DNA of 64,000 bases from Nostoc sp. (GCA_036918135.1 JBALDB010000009.1:1-64000); one strand, 5' to 3'. Positions 46,435 through 57,537 are shown, counted from the stretch's first letter. The notes: generated from the letters alone by a model not told the origin. Made by a program: numbers and translations.

Positions 46435-47975
46435 CCAAATTCGAGTTTCATATATTTTGCTACCCACTCTAAGTCTTTGCTAGAGCGCAGAGCTTGTCTT
46501 TGAAGATAGGCACGGTAAAGGTTTTTTTGATTATCAGACGGGTTAGCACCAAAAATAGCACCTTGAGTAATGTCTGATGTAGGAGTAACACTATACTTTT
46601 GATTGAACAAAACGATTGCATTACCGGGCGGCAGTTCTTTTTTGAAAGACCGCTGGGCCGCTTCACGATAAAAAGCAATTCTGGTATCTAATTCAATATT
46701 TTCTGATGGTACTCGCGTCGGTGCTAATGCAACCATTGAATGGTTGTAGTTCGCTTTTTTGACTTTTTGGGGAAACAAATAGGAACAGTGCGGGCAACTC
46801 ATAATTGACAAATGCAGTAATAGCCCACACCCTCCCTTTTCTCGGGGACAAGCTTTAATTGGTGCTGTACCTGGGGCGGATGCTTTATCTTTATCCAAGC
46901 TCACTTCCTGCTTGGAAGTAACAAACCCAAAACGATAAGCATTGCCAGCATAATCCAAGACGATGCAATATTCTTTGCCTGGATACTTCCTCGATCCTCT
47001 ACCAATTTGCTGTCGATATTTAATCCTCGACATAGTGGGACGAGCTTCAATAATGCAACCAACTGAAGGCTCGTTAAATCCTTTTTCTAACACGTCAACG
47101 CTAATTAATATTTGTGGATCTAATTTGCCGCCTTTAGCAAACCCAGCGTAAATTGGGGGACGCATTTGGCTTTCTACTCTGCCATCAACGCAAACAGCAT
47201 TGTACCCTTTAGCTTGAAATTTAGCTTGCAATCTGTCGGAATGCTCTAAAGAAACGGTATAAGCAATTGTTTTTTGAGAAGAAGCTTTTTGCTCCCACTC
47301 ATCAACAATTTGTTCGCAGGCTTTATCTGTGTTGACGATGACGCCTAAATCATCGGTATCATAATCACCTTTAGATTTCCGAACTTGGCTCAAATCGAGC
47401 TTTGGAAATCCAAAATATAAAAAAGGACACAGCCGCCCCATTTCAATTAACTCTGCCATCTGCGGAGCTTGGACGAGGCAATCATAAATTTCCCCTAATC
47501 CCTCTTTGGGGTTTGTGCGGTAGGGAGTAGCTGTTAATCCAATTACCACAGACCCCATTTGCCAATAGTACTCAAGTACTTTACGCCAAGTTGGTGAATA
47601 ACTAACATGAGCTTCGTCAGCAAACACGATTTCAGCTACAGGAAATTTGCGGTTGATTAAAGTATCAATGCCAGCAATTTGTAGCTTCTGGCTGCGGTCT
47701 TCCTTGCGACCAGCTTTAATGACACCACATTTTAAACCAAATTTATTAGCTGTTTTAATAGTCTGGTCAATCAGTGGTTCATCTGGTACTACAAACAGGC
47801 ACGGCATTCCAGCTTTAACAGCATAAGTTATTAACTCAACTGCGATCGTTGTTTTTCCTGCACCTGTTTCAGCATAAATCAATATTCGCTTTTGCTCTTT
47901 TTTGATGAGACTTAAAACTTCATCGACAACTTGCTTTTGGTCATCGTAAAGTATAGGCTTTTTCGTTGATTGCAT
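46431..47975 (-). CDS. SF2 DEAH-box helicase with Zn ribbon
   Basis: TGAGKT, DEAH, LTATP, QQIGRGSR, CPHC. Confidence 0.9.
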   Translation of the reverse strand: MQSTKKPILYDDQKQVVDEVLSLIKKEQKRILIYAETGAGKTTIAVELITYAVKAGMPCLFVVPDEPLIDQTIKTANKFGLKCGVIKAGRKEDRSQKLQIAGIDTLINRKFPVAEIVFADEAHVSYSPTWRKVLEYYWQMGSVVIGLTATPYRTNPKEGLGEIYDCLVQAPQMAELIEMGRLCPFLYFGFPKLDLSQVRKSKGDYDTDDLGVIVNTDKACEQIVDEWEQKASSQKTIAYTVSLEHSDRLQAKFQAKGYNAVCVDGRVESQMRPPIYAGFAKGGKLDPQILISVDVLEKGFNEPSVGCIIEARPTMSRIKYRQQIGRGSRKYPGKEYCIVLDYAGNAYRFGFVTSKQEVSLDKDKASAPGTAPIKACPREKGGCGLLLHLSIMSCPHCSYLFPQKVKKANYNHSMVALAPTRVPSENIELDTRIAFYREAAQRSFKKELPPGNAIVLFNQKYSVTPTSDITQGAIFGANPSDNQKNLYRAYLQRQALRSSKDLEWVAKYMKLEFG

Positions 47976-48072
47976 TTTGAAAAAACTTTGCTAATCAGTT
48001 TCCCCCCATCCTAAAAATTTGTTCAACTTGTCTGGATGAGCAAAATTACTGATTAATTATTCGATGAGAAAA

Positions 48073-48909
48073 TCAAACTTGTCTGCCTAGTGCTGTTTGC
48101 AGTGCTTGAACTGCATTGTAAAAAATCAAAGCTTCGGAAGATGATAGCCCGTAACCAAAACTATAAAACGCGCAAATCAAGTTACAAACACTACTAACAT
48201 TTTGACTGGCTGAGAAATTATAAGCAAAAATAAAATTCTCAATTGGAGATAAAGAATTTGTACTAAAACTAGTATCTGTGGCGACAGAACTGCCATTGTA
48301 GTATAAATTGCCATTGTTAGCGCCAACGGTGGAAACCATTAAATGTCCGGGATATACTACTCCGTTGGCGGAAACCACCATTTCACCAGCTCCCAAAGAC
48401 CCATTAATGGAAGTAGAATTTTTAGTTAGTGCAAAAACTCCCCCGTTTAAGCTCCCCAAATACCTGATACTTGTACTTCCTCCACTACCAAGCACTGCCA
48501 TGCTATTCCTTGAATATACGCTAAAGTGAGCATTCAAAGAAGTAGTGAGTTGATTCTTGGGGATGAACCCCGTCTTCAAATACTTTGTTCCAGAAGTATC
48601 CCCAGCTAATCCAGTACTTTCTGAGTAGTCACTAGATACAAACCCTACATTTGTAAGCGTAGATTGGATATTCGCGGGATACTTAAATTTGACAAATGCA
48701 GCATTGTAATCGCCTGCAAAAGTTCCTATTTCTGCATACTTGTCCCAAATATTATTAGCCTTTAAAGTATTGAGAAAAGTGCTATGAGCTTGCAGGCTAT
48801 TACTCGAAATAGTACCCCCAGCAGCAAGTATTCTATTGTAAAAGTTTACTATTTCTGGGTTAGAGCTAGACTTAATAATTTTTCCAGAATTATTTAATAG
48901 AAGCTTCAT
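48073..48909 (-). CDS. phage tail-associated beta-sandwich protein
   Basis: S/G/N-rich, LamG-like pattern, C-terminal QTALGR. Confidence 0.55.
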   Translation of the reverse strand: MKLLLNNSGKIIKSSSNPEIVNFYNRILAAGGTISSNSLQAHSTFLNTLKANNIWDKYAEIGTFAGDYNAAFVKFKYPANIQSTLTNVGFVSSDYSESTGLAGDTSGTKYLKTGFIPKNQLTTSLNAHFSVYSRNSMAVLGSGGSTSIRYLGSLNGGVFALTKNSTSINGSLGAGEMVVSANGVVYPGHLMVSTVGANNGNLYYNGSSVATDTSFSTNSLSPIENFIFAYNFSASQNVSSVCNLICAFYSFGYGLSSSEALIFYNAVQALQTALGRQV

Positions 48910-49361
48910 TAGTTCAGGGCACTCTGTACTAGCATCTCATTTACTGGATAAATGCCTAATTCTTCTGCCCTAGATACTCCATCAATTTGAGATTGCCAAT
49001 TAGGGTCTGGTTCGGTCTGCGCGAGTAAATTTATTAAATTAGTTTGGCTTGATAGCGAGATAAAGGTTTTAACCATTGCAAAATGAATTCCAATCTTTGG
49101 TCTATCGTTGTTGTTGACAGCAAGCTCGATTCTGTCAAGCAAACCTGGGTATTGAAAAGTTGCCAAACCTTCCGCAGGCGTTATCGCTTCAAATAAATTT
49201 TCCATGCTTAATTGTTTTGGCACTTGTCCCTGCGGTGCGGGATTACTAATTAAAGGTTTAGTATTCAATACACTTGCGATCGCCGGATAATTCTGTGCTG
49301 CAACTAAAGAAGCATATTGTCCAGATTGCAGCTCGGTTCTTAAGATATCTATGTCTGTCAT
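48909..49361 (-). CDS. hypothetical protein, tail-fibre associated
   Basis: coupled between two tail-like genes. Confidence 0.6.
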   Translation of the reverse strand: MTDIDILRTELQSGQYASLVAAQNYPAIASVLNTKPLISNPAPQGQVPKQLSMENLFEAITPAEGLATFQYPGLLDRIELAVNNNDRPKIGIHFAMVKTFISLSSQTNLINLLAQTEPDPNWQSQIDGVSRAEELGIYPVNEMLVQSALN

Positions 49362-51649
49362 GATGTGAAATAACTAAAAGTATAGTTTATCAAATTCGCT
49401 CCGCTCAAATTCAGTATTAGTGCTGAATTTGTATCTAATTGAAATTCTCTATTGGGGAAAAAGTTGAGAACCAATCCGTCTCCCTGATTGGGGCACAATA
49501 TTCTTTCTTTGGTATTCGTCCCAGATTTAATAATTACTGTTGTTGCCGTGCTTGCCTCTAGCTGTACTTTTAGATAATTAATTTTGATTGATAGTCCCGT
49601 ACCAGGAGCGTTAATCAAAGTGTTGTCACCGCTGGTACTAAGAGTGCCGCTGATTGTAGTGATACTCGGTCTAGCAAAAATAGCATAAATTGCCGATAGC
49701 CAACCAAATAACCCCACGCCACCTGTAGGCATAGTTACGCCAGTTATTGCAGCATTGCCAATCCTGTCGCGGATAGCAGTGGCAATTGCATCGTCAGTAG
49801 CAATATTTATAGGAACGGAATTAGCTGTGGTATTGGTTCCTAAAGCTGGAGTTTTGTTATCAATTGAAGTCAGCTTAATATTTGTAACTCCTTGCAGTGT
49901 TCCGGTTGCCGGATCGGAGTTGAGATTTGAAATGGCAACCGTCCAAGGGCCTATTTGTCTCGCCCCGATAGTTTCATCGGCTCTTTCAAGATTTCCAAGG
50001 GTGGGGGCAGAACTCAAGATTGTGCCAGCAGTCAAGTTAAGCCAAAGGAAAGTCGCACTGGGAGTACCGCTATTTGCATCTAATATCGCAACCCTAGATA
50101 GTAAGTCACCGACTGAGTAACCAGTACCAGAAGTGATAACGTCATAAAAGCCATCTATTACATCTTTGTCAACAGTTGATAGCGGTCTTAATCCTGCACC
50201 CGGCGTCGCAGCATTACCCGTTGCATCTGTAAACGAAACAGTTACAGTTCCTAATCCTTCATTAACGCTATCTCTGCGAACGTAAAAACTTCCTGAGTTA
50301 TCAGTCCAGATACTAGTAGCTAAATCAATCGTAGCCTTGATAGCATCCCGAATTTGTACTAATGTTGCGTCTGTTGCTAGAGTTCCTGCGCTGCCAATAT
50401 TAGCCGTTACCGTTCCAGTTACGGGTATTGAAGAATTGCTGATAGCGACAGTTCCAGTTACTTTGAGCGCATCGCTAATCAAAGTCAGAACGGGAATGCG
50501 ATCGCTAAATAATTTCCAAATTGCCGAGAGCCAACCGAGCAACCCTAACCCACCCGCAGGCATTGAAGCCCCAGTAATCGCACTTCCAATACTATTAACA
50601 AAGACTCCATCTGTTGCTAAAGTTACAGGAACCGAATTAGCTGCTGTATTAGCACCCAAGGCAGGAATTTTTAAATTAATTGCACCTAAAGTTGTTTCGG
50701 TCGCTGCATTATTTGGCAAATTAATTGTCCAGCTTCCAACCTGCCGCACTCCAACATTTTCACTAGCTACTTCAACATTTGAATTTATGGGCGCAGAATT
50801 TAATATTGTGCCTAAACTTAGATTAATCCAAGTAACCGTAACAGAAGAAGTTCCAGCATTATTAACGTCGAGAATGGCAACTCTAGCTAGCAGGTCGCCA
50901 ATCGAATAGCCCGTACCGGAAGCGGTTACATCGTAAAAAGCTGTTAGAACATCCTTATCGCTAGTTGCTAACGGTCTTAACCCTGCCCCCGGCGTTGCAG
51001 CATTACCCGCAGGGTCGGTAAAAGAGTAACTGATTGCACCAGTTCCTTCATTTACCAAATCTTTCCTAATATAAAAGGCTCCCGAATTATCGGTCCACAA
51101 AGTCGAGGCAATATTAATCTGGGCCCTGATGGCATCCCGAACCTGTTGAAGGGTTATTTCGGTTGCCAAGCTCCCAGAAGTTCCAATATTAGCTGTTATT
51201 GTGCCGGAAACTGGTTGCGTGACCCCACTGCCGTCAACTGGAATTCGCCCGGTAACTAAAGCTGGAATTCTTTGGGTGAGAAACAAATAGATGGCAGATA
51301 GCCACCCCCTACCACTCGTACCGCCAGCAGGCATAGAAGCACCAGTAATGTCGGTTCCTTCTTTAAGCCCATCACTGCTCACGGGAATTTTCCCACTAAC
51401 TAACTGGGGAAGGCGAACGCTAATTAATACCCAAAGCGCACTGAGCCATCCCAGCCATCCCTGACCCCCTTGAGGCATTTGGGCGTCGTCAACTGGAGAA
51501 CCTTGGATATTGTCATATATGTTTAATAAAGTCTCTTCAGTTGCTCCCTCGCTACCGTTCTGGTTCTGGTTGATGACGAGATTGCCGTTATCATCTACAC
51601 TTACAGGTTTCCTTTTTCCAGAAGAAGTTATCCCTTCTAGTAAAACCAT
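49358..51649 (-). CDS. tail fibre-like repeat protein
   Basis: T/G/S-rich, VDGSGVTQPVSG motif, large internal duplication. Confidence 0.65.
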   Translation of the reverse strand: MVLLEGITSSGKRKPVSVDDNGNLVINQNQNGSEGATEETLLNIYDNIQGSPVDDAQMPQGGQGWLGWLSALWVLISVRLPQLVSGKIPVSSDGLKEGTDITGASMPAGGTSGRGWLSAIYLFLTQRIPALVTGRIPVDGSGVTQPVSGTITANIGTSGSLATEITLQQVRDAIRAQINIASTLWTDNSGAFYIRKDLVNEGTGAISYSFTDPAGNAATPGAGLRPLATSDKDVLTAFYDVTASGTGYSIGDLLARVAILDVNNAGTSSVTVTWINLSLGTILNSAPINSNVEVASENVGVRQVGSWTINLPNNAATETTLGAINLKIPALGANTAANSVPVTLATDGVFVNSIGSAITGASMPAGGLGLLGWLSAIWKLFSDRIPVLTLISDALKVTGTVAISNSSIPVTGTVTANIGSAGTLATDATLVQIRDAIKATIDLATSIWTDNSGSFYVRRDSVNEGLGTVTVSFTDATGNAATPGAGLRPLSTVDKDVIDGFYDVITSGTGYSVGDLLSRVAILDANSGTPSATFLWLNLTAGTILSSAPTLGNLERADETIGARQIGPWTVAISNLNSDPATGTLQGVTNIKLTSIDNKTPALGTNTTANSVPINIATDDAIATAIRDRIGNAAITGVTMPTGGVGLFGWLSAIYAIFARPSITTISGTLSTSGDNTLINAPGTGLSIKINYLKVQLEASTATTVIIKSGTNTKERILCPNQGDGLVLNFFPNREFQLDTNSALILNLSGANLINYTFSYFTS

Positions 51650-51722
51650 ACTTCTCCTCGCTGTATGCCATATTCTTTTATAGTTGTAAAAAAAACTTTT
51701 TCAAATACGAAAATATAATTAG

Positions 51723-54080
51723 ATGAGCGTTAATGTTTCTGCTAGAAGTACCCGAATACTTATTGGGGCAAAAGATTTCTCATCATGTTTTGTTTCATTT
51801 CAAGGCTCAGATTCACATCTCGACCAAAGCGGTTTGATTGCTTTTACTGGTTCCATAACCTTGGGGCGATCGCTAGGCTTTGATGAGTCGTTAGATGACC
51901 GAAAAAACTCTCGCTTTTTTCGCGGTCAGGTCATTACAATTGAGATTCAAGATAGTCAAGGGATATTTAGAAAACACCCTAGAGGTGCGCTCAGGATCAT
52001 TTCACCCAAGTACAGCGATGACTCTCAAAGACTGACTATCGATGTCGGCGATTTAATTAGTCTCCTCAATTTTCGAGAACCGACAGACCCAAGTAAAATG
52101 GAAATCAAGTTAGGACAAAATACTACTGCCGGACAGATAATTCAAAGGTTATTATTAGCGGCTGGAATTACTGCTATCGGTGGTATTTTACCGAATACAA
52201 TAATCAACTACCCAATTAATTTATCCGGCAGCTACTTAGCTAATGCTGGAAAAATTCTATATGCCAACAATCTATTTGGCTGGATAGATAAAAATGAAGT
52301 TTTTCAAATTCGACCTGCTAACATTGCGGCAGTTACACCCGCTGTTACTGTCATCATTGGTCGCGATGAAGTTTGGTACAAACGCCTCGATTCGGCTGAA
52401 TCTCCCTGCGATATTGTCAAAGCTGTAGGCAGGTGTACGATTATTCGTCCTACTACTTTTCGCGATGATACTACAGAACAATATGGCGCAGCTACTCTTG
52501 TCGATAAAAGTGCTGGCTCTAATACGATTACTATTAAAAGTACTACCATCAAAGAAAATTGGCTTCCTGGACAGAAGCTTTTAATAACTACAACCACAAC
52601 CAAGCAACCGATTGGATTAGTAATCCCCAAAGAACTATTAAATAGTAGCGGCTCAAAATTACAACTTATTAAGTCTGAAGTTAAAGTAGAAACTAGCTAT
52701 TATGAACAAGATGCTGAAGGAAAGTTAAAAAAGAAAACTACTTTGACTAATGGGTTGTTAGCTCCTGCGATACTGGAGTTCGCCAAAATAAAAACTAATT
52801 ACTTCTTTAATATTTTTTCTTTAACAGAATCTTATAAAGATTCATATTCTTATGAGTATGATGTCAAAGATAGACTCAGAAAAGTTGTTACTGAGGTTTC
52901 TGAAATTGCGGGAAACTTATTATCTGGCACTGAGGAAGATTGGTCTAAATGGATTTTCCCCCCAAACTTTTTAACTCAAGCAGAAAGTAAAACTGAGACT
53001 TGGGAAGAAACTAGCAAAGATATTTGGGAATACGAATACTATACTTACCAACCTCTAATTAAGGTAAAGCCGGACTTAGCCGAGGTCGGCAGCGAAACTG
53101 GTACTCAGGGGCCTACAAGCAATAAGTTGGATTTACTTTACGCCGATGGTTCCCGGCAAACCTCCAATTCCGGGCAGCTCGCGCCACCAGCCCCGGAAAG
53201 AGAACCAGCACCGTTTACCGCTGAAGAAGAAGATTTAGAAGAAAAAGTCACCTTCTTAATTCTGGGCGGCAACAGTAATCTTCGTCCCCGCGAACGAGTT
53301 TTTACGGTCGAGTGTTTGGCAAGCGTTACCAAGCCAGGACTCAAAAGAGGGGAAGTAACGGTATCTTTGGGTACGACTCAGGCAAACAATCAACTTAGAG
53401 CGATCGCGCAGCGCGAAGGAAGGTTGCAATGGGGGCGCTACAAAGGTCAGCAAATCGCTGTTGCTTTAAGCGATATTTGGTTTGATTACCACCCACTCTT
53501 TGAAATCAAATCAGTAGAAAAAGATGGCACACAGCAAGCTTTCTTAGCAGATGGATGCAGCTGGGTAGTCGGACAAACCCGCGTCTTGGTAAGTTGCGAT
53601 GCTATTTGGCTGGGGAGTTGGCAAGCAACACCTAGTCTAGAGCCTTACGTTGCCCCGCCCTACTATGAAGTTCCTACCCTAGATTTCGGCTTGGGTATGG
53701 GCGCTAGCTTCAACAGTTATGCGTACCAACTTACTTCCACCCCCCACACCACTCAAGCTGGACTGGGATTAGCTAGCACTTGGCTGAGTATCAGCATTGA
53801 GCCGCCAACTTTAAGCTTGACCTGGAATACCGTAGATTGGGATTCTCTATCTGCACAAGCTTGGAACTCGATTGCGGCTGACGACAATTACACCCAAGAC
53901 TGGGATGCCCTGGAGTGGGATGCCTTATCTGCACAAGTTTGGGATGCGATCGTTAATGGCAATCATTGGGAAACTCATAATTGGGAAGCTTTGGATAGTT
54001 CGAGATGGGACGCATTGAACAATCTTAGCTATTGGGAAATAGCGAACTGGGAATACTTGGATTGGGAAAATTTGGTCTAG
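51723..54080 (+). CDS. phage tail/hub-like protein with Trp-repeat C-terminus
   Basis: 785 aa, first of tail-like operon; WDAL repeats. Confidence 0.6.
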   Translation: MSVNVSARSTRILIGAKDFSSCFVSFQGSDSHLDQSGLIAFTGSITLGRSLGFDESLDDRKNSRFFRGQVITIEIQDSQGIFRKHPRGALRIISPKYSDDSQRLTIDVGDLISLLNFREPTDPSKMEIKLGQNTTAGQIIQRLLLAAGITAIGGILPNTIINYPINLSGSYLANAGKILYANNLFGWIDKNEVFQIRPANIAAVTPAVTVIIGRDEVWYKRLDSAESPCDIVKAVGRCTIIRPTTFRDDTTEQYGAATLVDKSAGSNTITIKSTTIKENWLPGQKLLITTTTTKQPIGLVIPKELLNSSGSKLQLIKSEVKVETSYYEQDAEGKLKKKTTLTNGLLAPAILEFAKIKTNYFFNIFSLTESYKDSYSYEYDVKDRLRKVVTEVSEIAGNLLSGTEEDWSKWIFPPNFLTQAESKTETWEETSKDIWEYEYYTYQPLIKVKPDLAEVGSETGTQGPTSNKLDLLYADGSRQTSNSGQLAPPAPEREPAPFTAEEEDLEEKVTFLILGGNSNLRPRERVFTVECLASVTKPGLKRGEVTVSLGTTQANNQLRAIAQREGRLQWGRYKGQQIAVALSDIWFDYHPLFEIKSVEKDGTQQAFLADGCSWVVGQTRVLVSCDAIWLGSWQATPSLEPYVAPPYYEVPTLDFGLGMGASFNSYAYQLTSTPHTTQAGLGLASTWLSISIEPPTLSLTWNTVDWDSLSAQAWNSIAADDNYTQDWDALEWDALSAQVWDAIVNGNHWETHNWEALDSSRWDALNNLSYWEIANWEYLDWENLV

Positions 54081-54133
54081 TGACTGGTGACTGGGTGATT
54101 GTAATGACTGACAATTAATATATGACTTAAGCT

Positions 54134-54838
54134 ATGACACAAGCAATCTTTACTAACGCCTGGATTTCACAAACAGCTAAAACGATGTTTCGCGGCGCTG
54201 CCCCGCCTGTATCAAATAAGTTTTATATCGGACTAGCACAGACAGATAGCCTAAGTAGAAATAGCCCTCTTGCTAGCTTTATTAGTAACGAGCTATCCAG
54301 TGCAGACTATACTAGACTCCAATTCAATTTGGCTGACGATGGCGGCTACAATACTAATACTAATCGTCACGAGTTTTCACCAGTCACAATTACATTTACA
54401 CCCAGTACGACCACTTGGCAGTTTCAAACTGCTTTTCTATTAGCTAACGGGCATTCTGTTGCCAGTATGGGATTTAGTAGTAGCGATGTGAATTCAGCAA
54501 CCAATCGTATTACTATTAGTAATCATCCCTGGACGAGCGGCGATCGCTTAGTTTTCACTGCCGACGACCTCGCTACTTTACCGACAGGAATCGATGCCGG
54601 AACAATTTATCAAGTCCTGTCGCCAACTACCAATGATTTTGCACTTGCTCTTGTCAATTCATCAGTTGCTATTGATATTCAAAATACTGGTTCTAGTACT
54701 TTTCGCGCTCGTTCTGCCAATGGAATAATTGCTACTTTTGCAATCGAACCTAGCTTGATTACTTTGTTGCCAGGACAACCTCACAGCTACCAAATCCCCA
54801 TTGCACTTATGAATACAGGTTACGTTAACGGAAGCTAA
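54134..54838 (+). CDS. phage tail-associated protein
   Basis: FYIGL..YTR; ITISNHPWTSGDRLVF...YQV motif. Confidence 0.6.
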   Translation: MTQAIFTNAWISQTAKTMFRGAAPPVSNKFYIGLAQTDSLSRNSPLASFISNELSSADYTRLQFNLADDGGYNTNTNRHEFSPVTITFTPSTTTWQFQTAFLLANGHSVASMGFSSSDVNSATNRITISNHPWTSGDRLVFTADDLATLPTGIDAGTIYQVLSPTTNDFALALVNSSVAIDIQNTGSSTFRARSANGIIATFAIEPSLITLLPGQPHSYQIPIALMNTGYVNGS

Positions 54839-55800
54839 TGCAAGAAGAGGAACTTTTAAAGCAGCAAACTCAATTCAATCGCCTCCAATTTGAAAGCCGT
54901 TTAGCTGATACTAATACTAACGAATCTGTAGCAACCAAATATCTCGGCTACGACCCAGACCAGAGACTAGCTAAACTTCAAGATACTAACGGGAATGTTT
55001 TCTACGCAAAGGCTAATACCAATGGTTCAGTCGCTCGTGGACAAGATGTTAGACTGCGCCGAGGCTATGGGCTACCTGGTTATGATGCCATGCCTTGTTA
55101 TAAAGCACCAATCCAACAGCCAATTACAAAAAAACCTATTCCACCGACTTACTACTTTGCTGCTTATACAGCAAGTTATGGATACTTTCTAGATACTTTC
55201 GGTGTCAGTTTTACAAAGCAAATTCAAGGCTCGGACGAAAAAATTATTGTTGACAATACTATAAGTTTTCAAAACAATGGCAGCTACAAATCCTTTACTT
55301 ACTTTTCTTTCCAGCCATTCATCCCTCTACTAACACTAACTACCTTTGTAACACTAGGATTTATAGAGCTAAAAGAAAATCAAGCTATACAAAATGTCAA
55401 GCTGAAGTTAAAAATTAGTACCTCGTATTCTCTGACAAATCTTGATATTGCTTACTTCGTCAACAAAAGCAATGCCACGATAGTGGAATCAGTACCGTCT
55501 CCTCTCTACCTTTATTTGGGAAAAAACTCAACTAATATATTTAGCGTATACGGCGATGGTTCCTATGGCTCTAGAGAACTTGAGATTGAACTGACAGCCA
55601 ATGATTTTAGTCCTTTAGAACTTGGAGAGCAACAAACAACTCTTATCCTTGGAGGCTATATTAGAGCGCAAGATTCTATTTTTTATGGTGGTGTAGGTCA
55701 TGGGGCAATAGCTTCAATCTCACATCATCTAGAGATAAAAATAGAATCAGTGAATTCCAAAATCATGAATTTAAAGCGTAAACTCCTCCAAGAACAATGA
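54838..55800 (+). CDS. hypothetical tail-associated protein
   Basis: operonic; N-terminus paralogous to 55797-56081. Confidence 0.65.
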   Translation: MQEEELLKQQTQFNRLQFESRLADTNTNESVATKYLGYDPDQRLAKLQDTNGNVFYAKANTNGSVARGQDVRLRRGYGLPGYDAMPCYKAPIQQPITKKPIPPTYYFAAYTASYGYFLDTFGVSFTKQIQGSDEKIIVDNTISFQNNGSYKSFTYFSFQPFIPLLTLTTFVTLGFIELKENQAIQNVKLKLKISTSYSLTNLDIAYFVNKSNATIVESVPSPLYLYLGKNSTNIFSVYGDGSYGSRELEIELTANDFSPLELGEQQTTLILGGYIRAQDSIFYGGVGHGAIASISHHLEIKIESVNSKIMNLKRKLLQEQ

Positions 55801-56081
55801 ACGAATTAGAACTTCTAAACCAAGCTAGTTTAGCAAACCGTACTACCTTTTATAACAGAACACTTCAAGCTCAAACATCTCGCGATCGCGCTCAGGAACA
55901 ACAAGTTCAAATCATTAGTTACGACCCTAGTCTTGGAGGGTATAACGTAAAACATCCTAATGGAACGGTTGGTTTTGCCAAGGCAATTTCTAATAGTTCT
56001 AACTTACACAAAGGTGCTTATGTTAGCTTGGTGCAGCCTAGTGCAACCCAAACAGCAACCATCGACACAACCCCCAGATAA
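55797..56081 (+). CDS. hypothetical protein
   Basis: ELL.Q...NR...YDP...AKA shared with the preceding ORF. Confidence 0.65.
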   Translation: MNELELLNQASLANRTTFYNRTLQAQTSRDRAQEQQVQIISYDPSLGGYNVKHPNGTVGFAKAISNSSNLHKGAYVSLVQPSATQTATIDTTPR

Positions 56082-56092
56082 CACCTACTAGA

Positions 56093-56695
56093 ATGTCTCC
56101 ACTCACCGGATATTTCATAGCAGATAAAGAAGCAATCAAAGCGCTTACGCCCAGTCAACGGGCAAACGGTTACACGCGCTCGACAACCGTCAATAATGAT
56201 ATTGAGTGGTACGGTTTTGTCGCGGCATCCACAGCGACACCAGATGATGATTTGGTACTGATGCCCAATGACAACCCAGCTAACGGCCGCTGGCATAAAT
56301 ACGCCGGCAATCGGGGGGGTGGCATCGGGGGAAAAATAATTTGTACTTCCCAGTGTTCGAGTGCCGCTGGTGGCAGTGGTAAAGCTTTCCAGTTCTACTC
56401 GCCTCAAGCTGGGCTACAAATGCTCATACTGCCAGGTTTCGACATCAGCATCCTAAACGTTAGCGACGCTATTAGGGTATACCGTTGGTCGCAAGAACCC
56501 AATACCAATGGAACCGGACAAGAAGCCAACCCAATTATTCAGCTACCAAAAACCGGGGGCAAGTTCAGTGTCAATATCACCTCAACTTATCGCTGGATAT
56601 CTGTGTACGCGAGAAATCCAAGCAATAACAATTGGCTAGACGGGACTTGCTTTACCGTGAGTGGTAACGTAATCAGCTTATTAGGGTACTCGTAA
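56093..56695 (+). CDS. hypothetical tail-associated protein
   Basis: PDDDLVLMP...GRW motif resembling tail-fibre attachment segments. Confidence 0.6.
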   Translation: MSPLTGYFIADKEAIKALTPSQRANGYTRSTTVNNDIEWYGFVAASTATPDDDLVLMPNDNPANGRWHKYAGNRGGGIGGKIICTSQCSSAAGGSGKAFQFYSPQAGLQMLILPGFDISILNVSDAIRVYRWSQEPNTNGTGQEANPIIQLPKTGGKFSVNITSTYRWISVYARNPSNNNWLDGTCFTVSGNVISLLGYS

Positions 56696-57537
56696 TGAAG
56701 CTTATTTATACCATCTTAGAAGTAATGGTTTCAGTCGTTTGTGCCTTAGTGGTGGCGCTAATAATTATTCCTTTACATTTGATGTTTACACCTTTGGCTC
56801 GTCGTCAAAAACTACAAACAAGCGATCGCCCACTGGATAACGCCATAGATAACGGTATAACTCTAATCTTGGCAAGAATCGTCACCTTGCTACCAGATTA
56901 CCTCACCTTACTAAAGAAGCTAGAAGTCGGCGTATTTTTCTTTTGCTGGCGATCGCACCGCGAAGCCAAAGCAATGCCAGCCCACCAAGCAAGACTCTGC
57001 GGAAGTTTGGCAGACACGTTAAAAGAGCAGGCACTCTCTGAATACAACCACGCTCAGGTTTTTTGTCAACTCACTGGTAGCAAGCTGAATATGTCTGGTG
57101 CGGGGTTAATGTCCCGCGAAGAAAAAGCAGCCTTTGACTGGGGTTGTGTCAACTGGGATTCTAGCGGTGAATCTTACCAAGTTGACGGCATGAGTACCCG
57201 ATATCTAGCGGCGAAAATCTTTTTTGGCTTTCGTACTGCCAACTCTTACGATTGGTGCGATCGTCTTGCTTTCATGTATGTCTTAGAAGAACTTCAAGCG
57301 CTGTTCTATAAGCATCTTCTAAGATTTGTCGAGCCAGAAGTTAGAGAACAATTAGCTCTAATTGCAGAACACGAAGAAACCCATGCAATCAATCTTTCTG
57401 GTCTGCTATGGGGTATCAAAGGAGTTGGAGGGAGCGCAAAAGTAGTATTTTGGTGGCAAGTGCGGAAGTATTTAGCAATGACCTTGCTGCCGATTGATAC
57501 AGCTATTTATTATTTATTAAAGTATTCCAAACTATGA
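56695..57537 (+). CDS. ferritin-like domain protein
   Basis: SEYNH and HEETH ExxH pairs; hydrophobic N-terminus. Confidence 0.65.
   Translation: MKLIYTILEVMVSVVCALVVALIIIPLHLMFTPLARRQKLQTSDRPLDNAIDNGITLILARIVTLLPDYLTLLKKLEVGVFFFCWRSHREAKAMPAHQARLCGSLADTLKEQALSEYNHAQVFCQLTGSKLNMSGAGLMSREEKAAFDWGCVNWDSSGESYQVDGMSTRYLAAKIFFGFRTANSYDWCDRLAFMYVLEELQALFYKHLLRFVEPEVREQLALIAEHEETHAINLSGLLWGIKGVGGSAKVVFWWQVRKYLAMTLLPIDTAIYYLLKYSKL

Noticed and set aside
49755..50909. Plus-strand ORFs 49755-50120 and 50337-50909, and similar antisense ORFs elsewhere
   Set aside because: Shadows of long opposite-strand genes
54080..54102. GTGACTG short tandem repeat
   Set aside because: Two to three copies of a common cyanobacterial STRR-like heptamer
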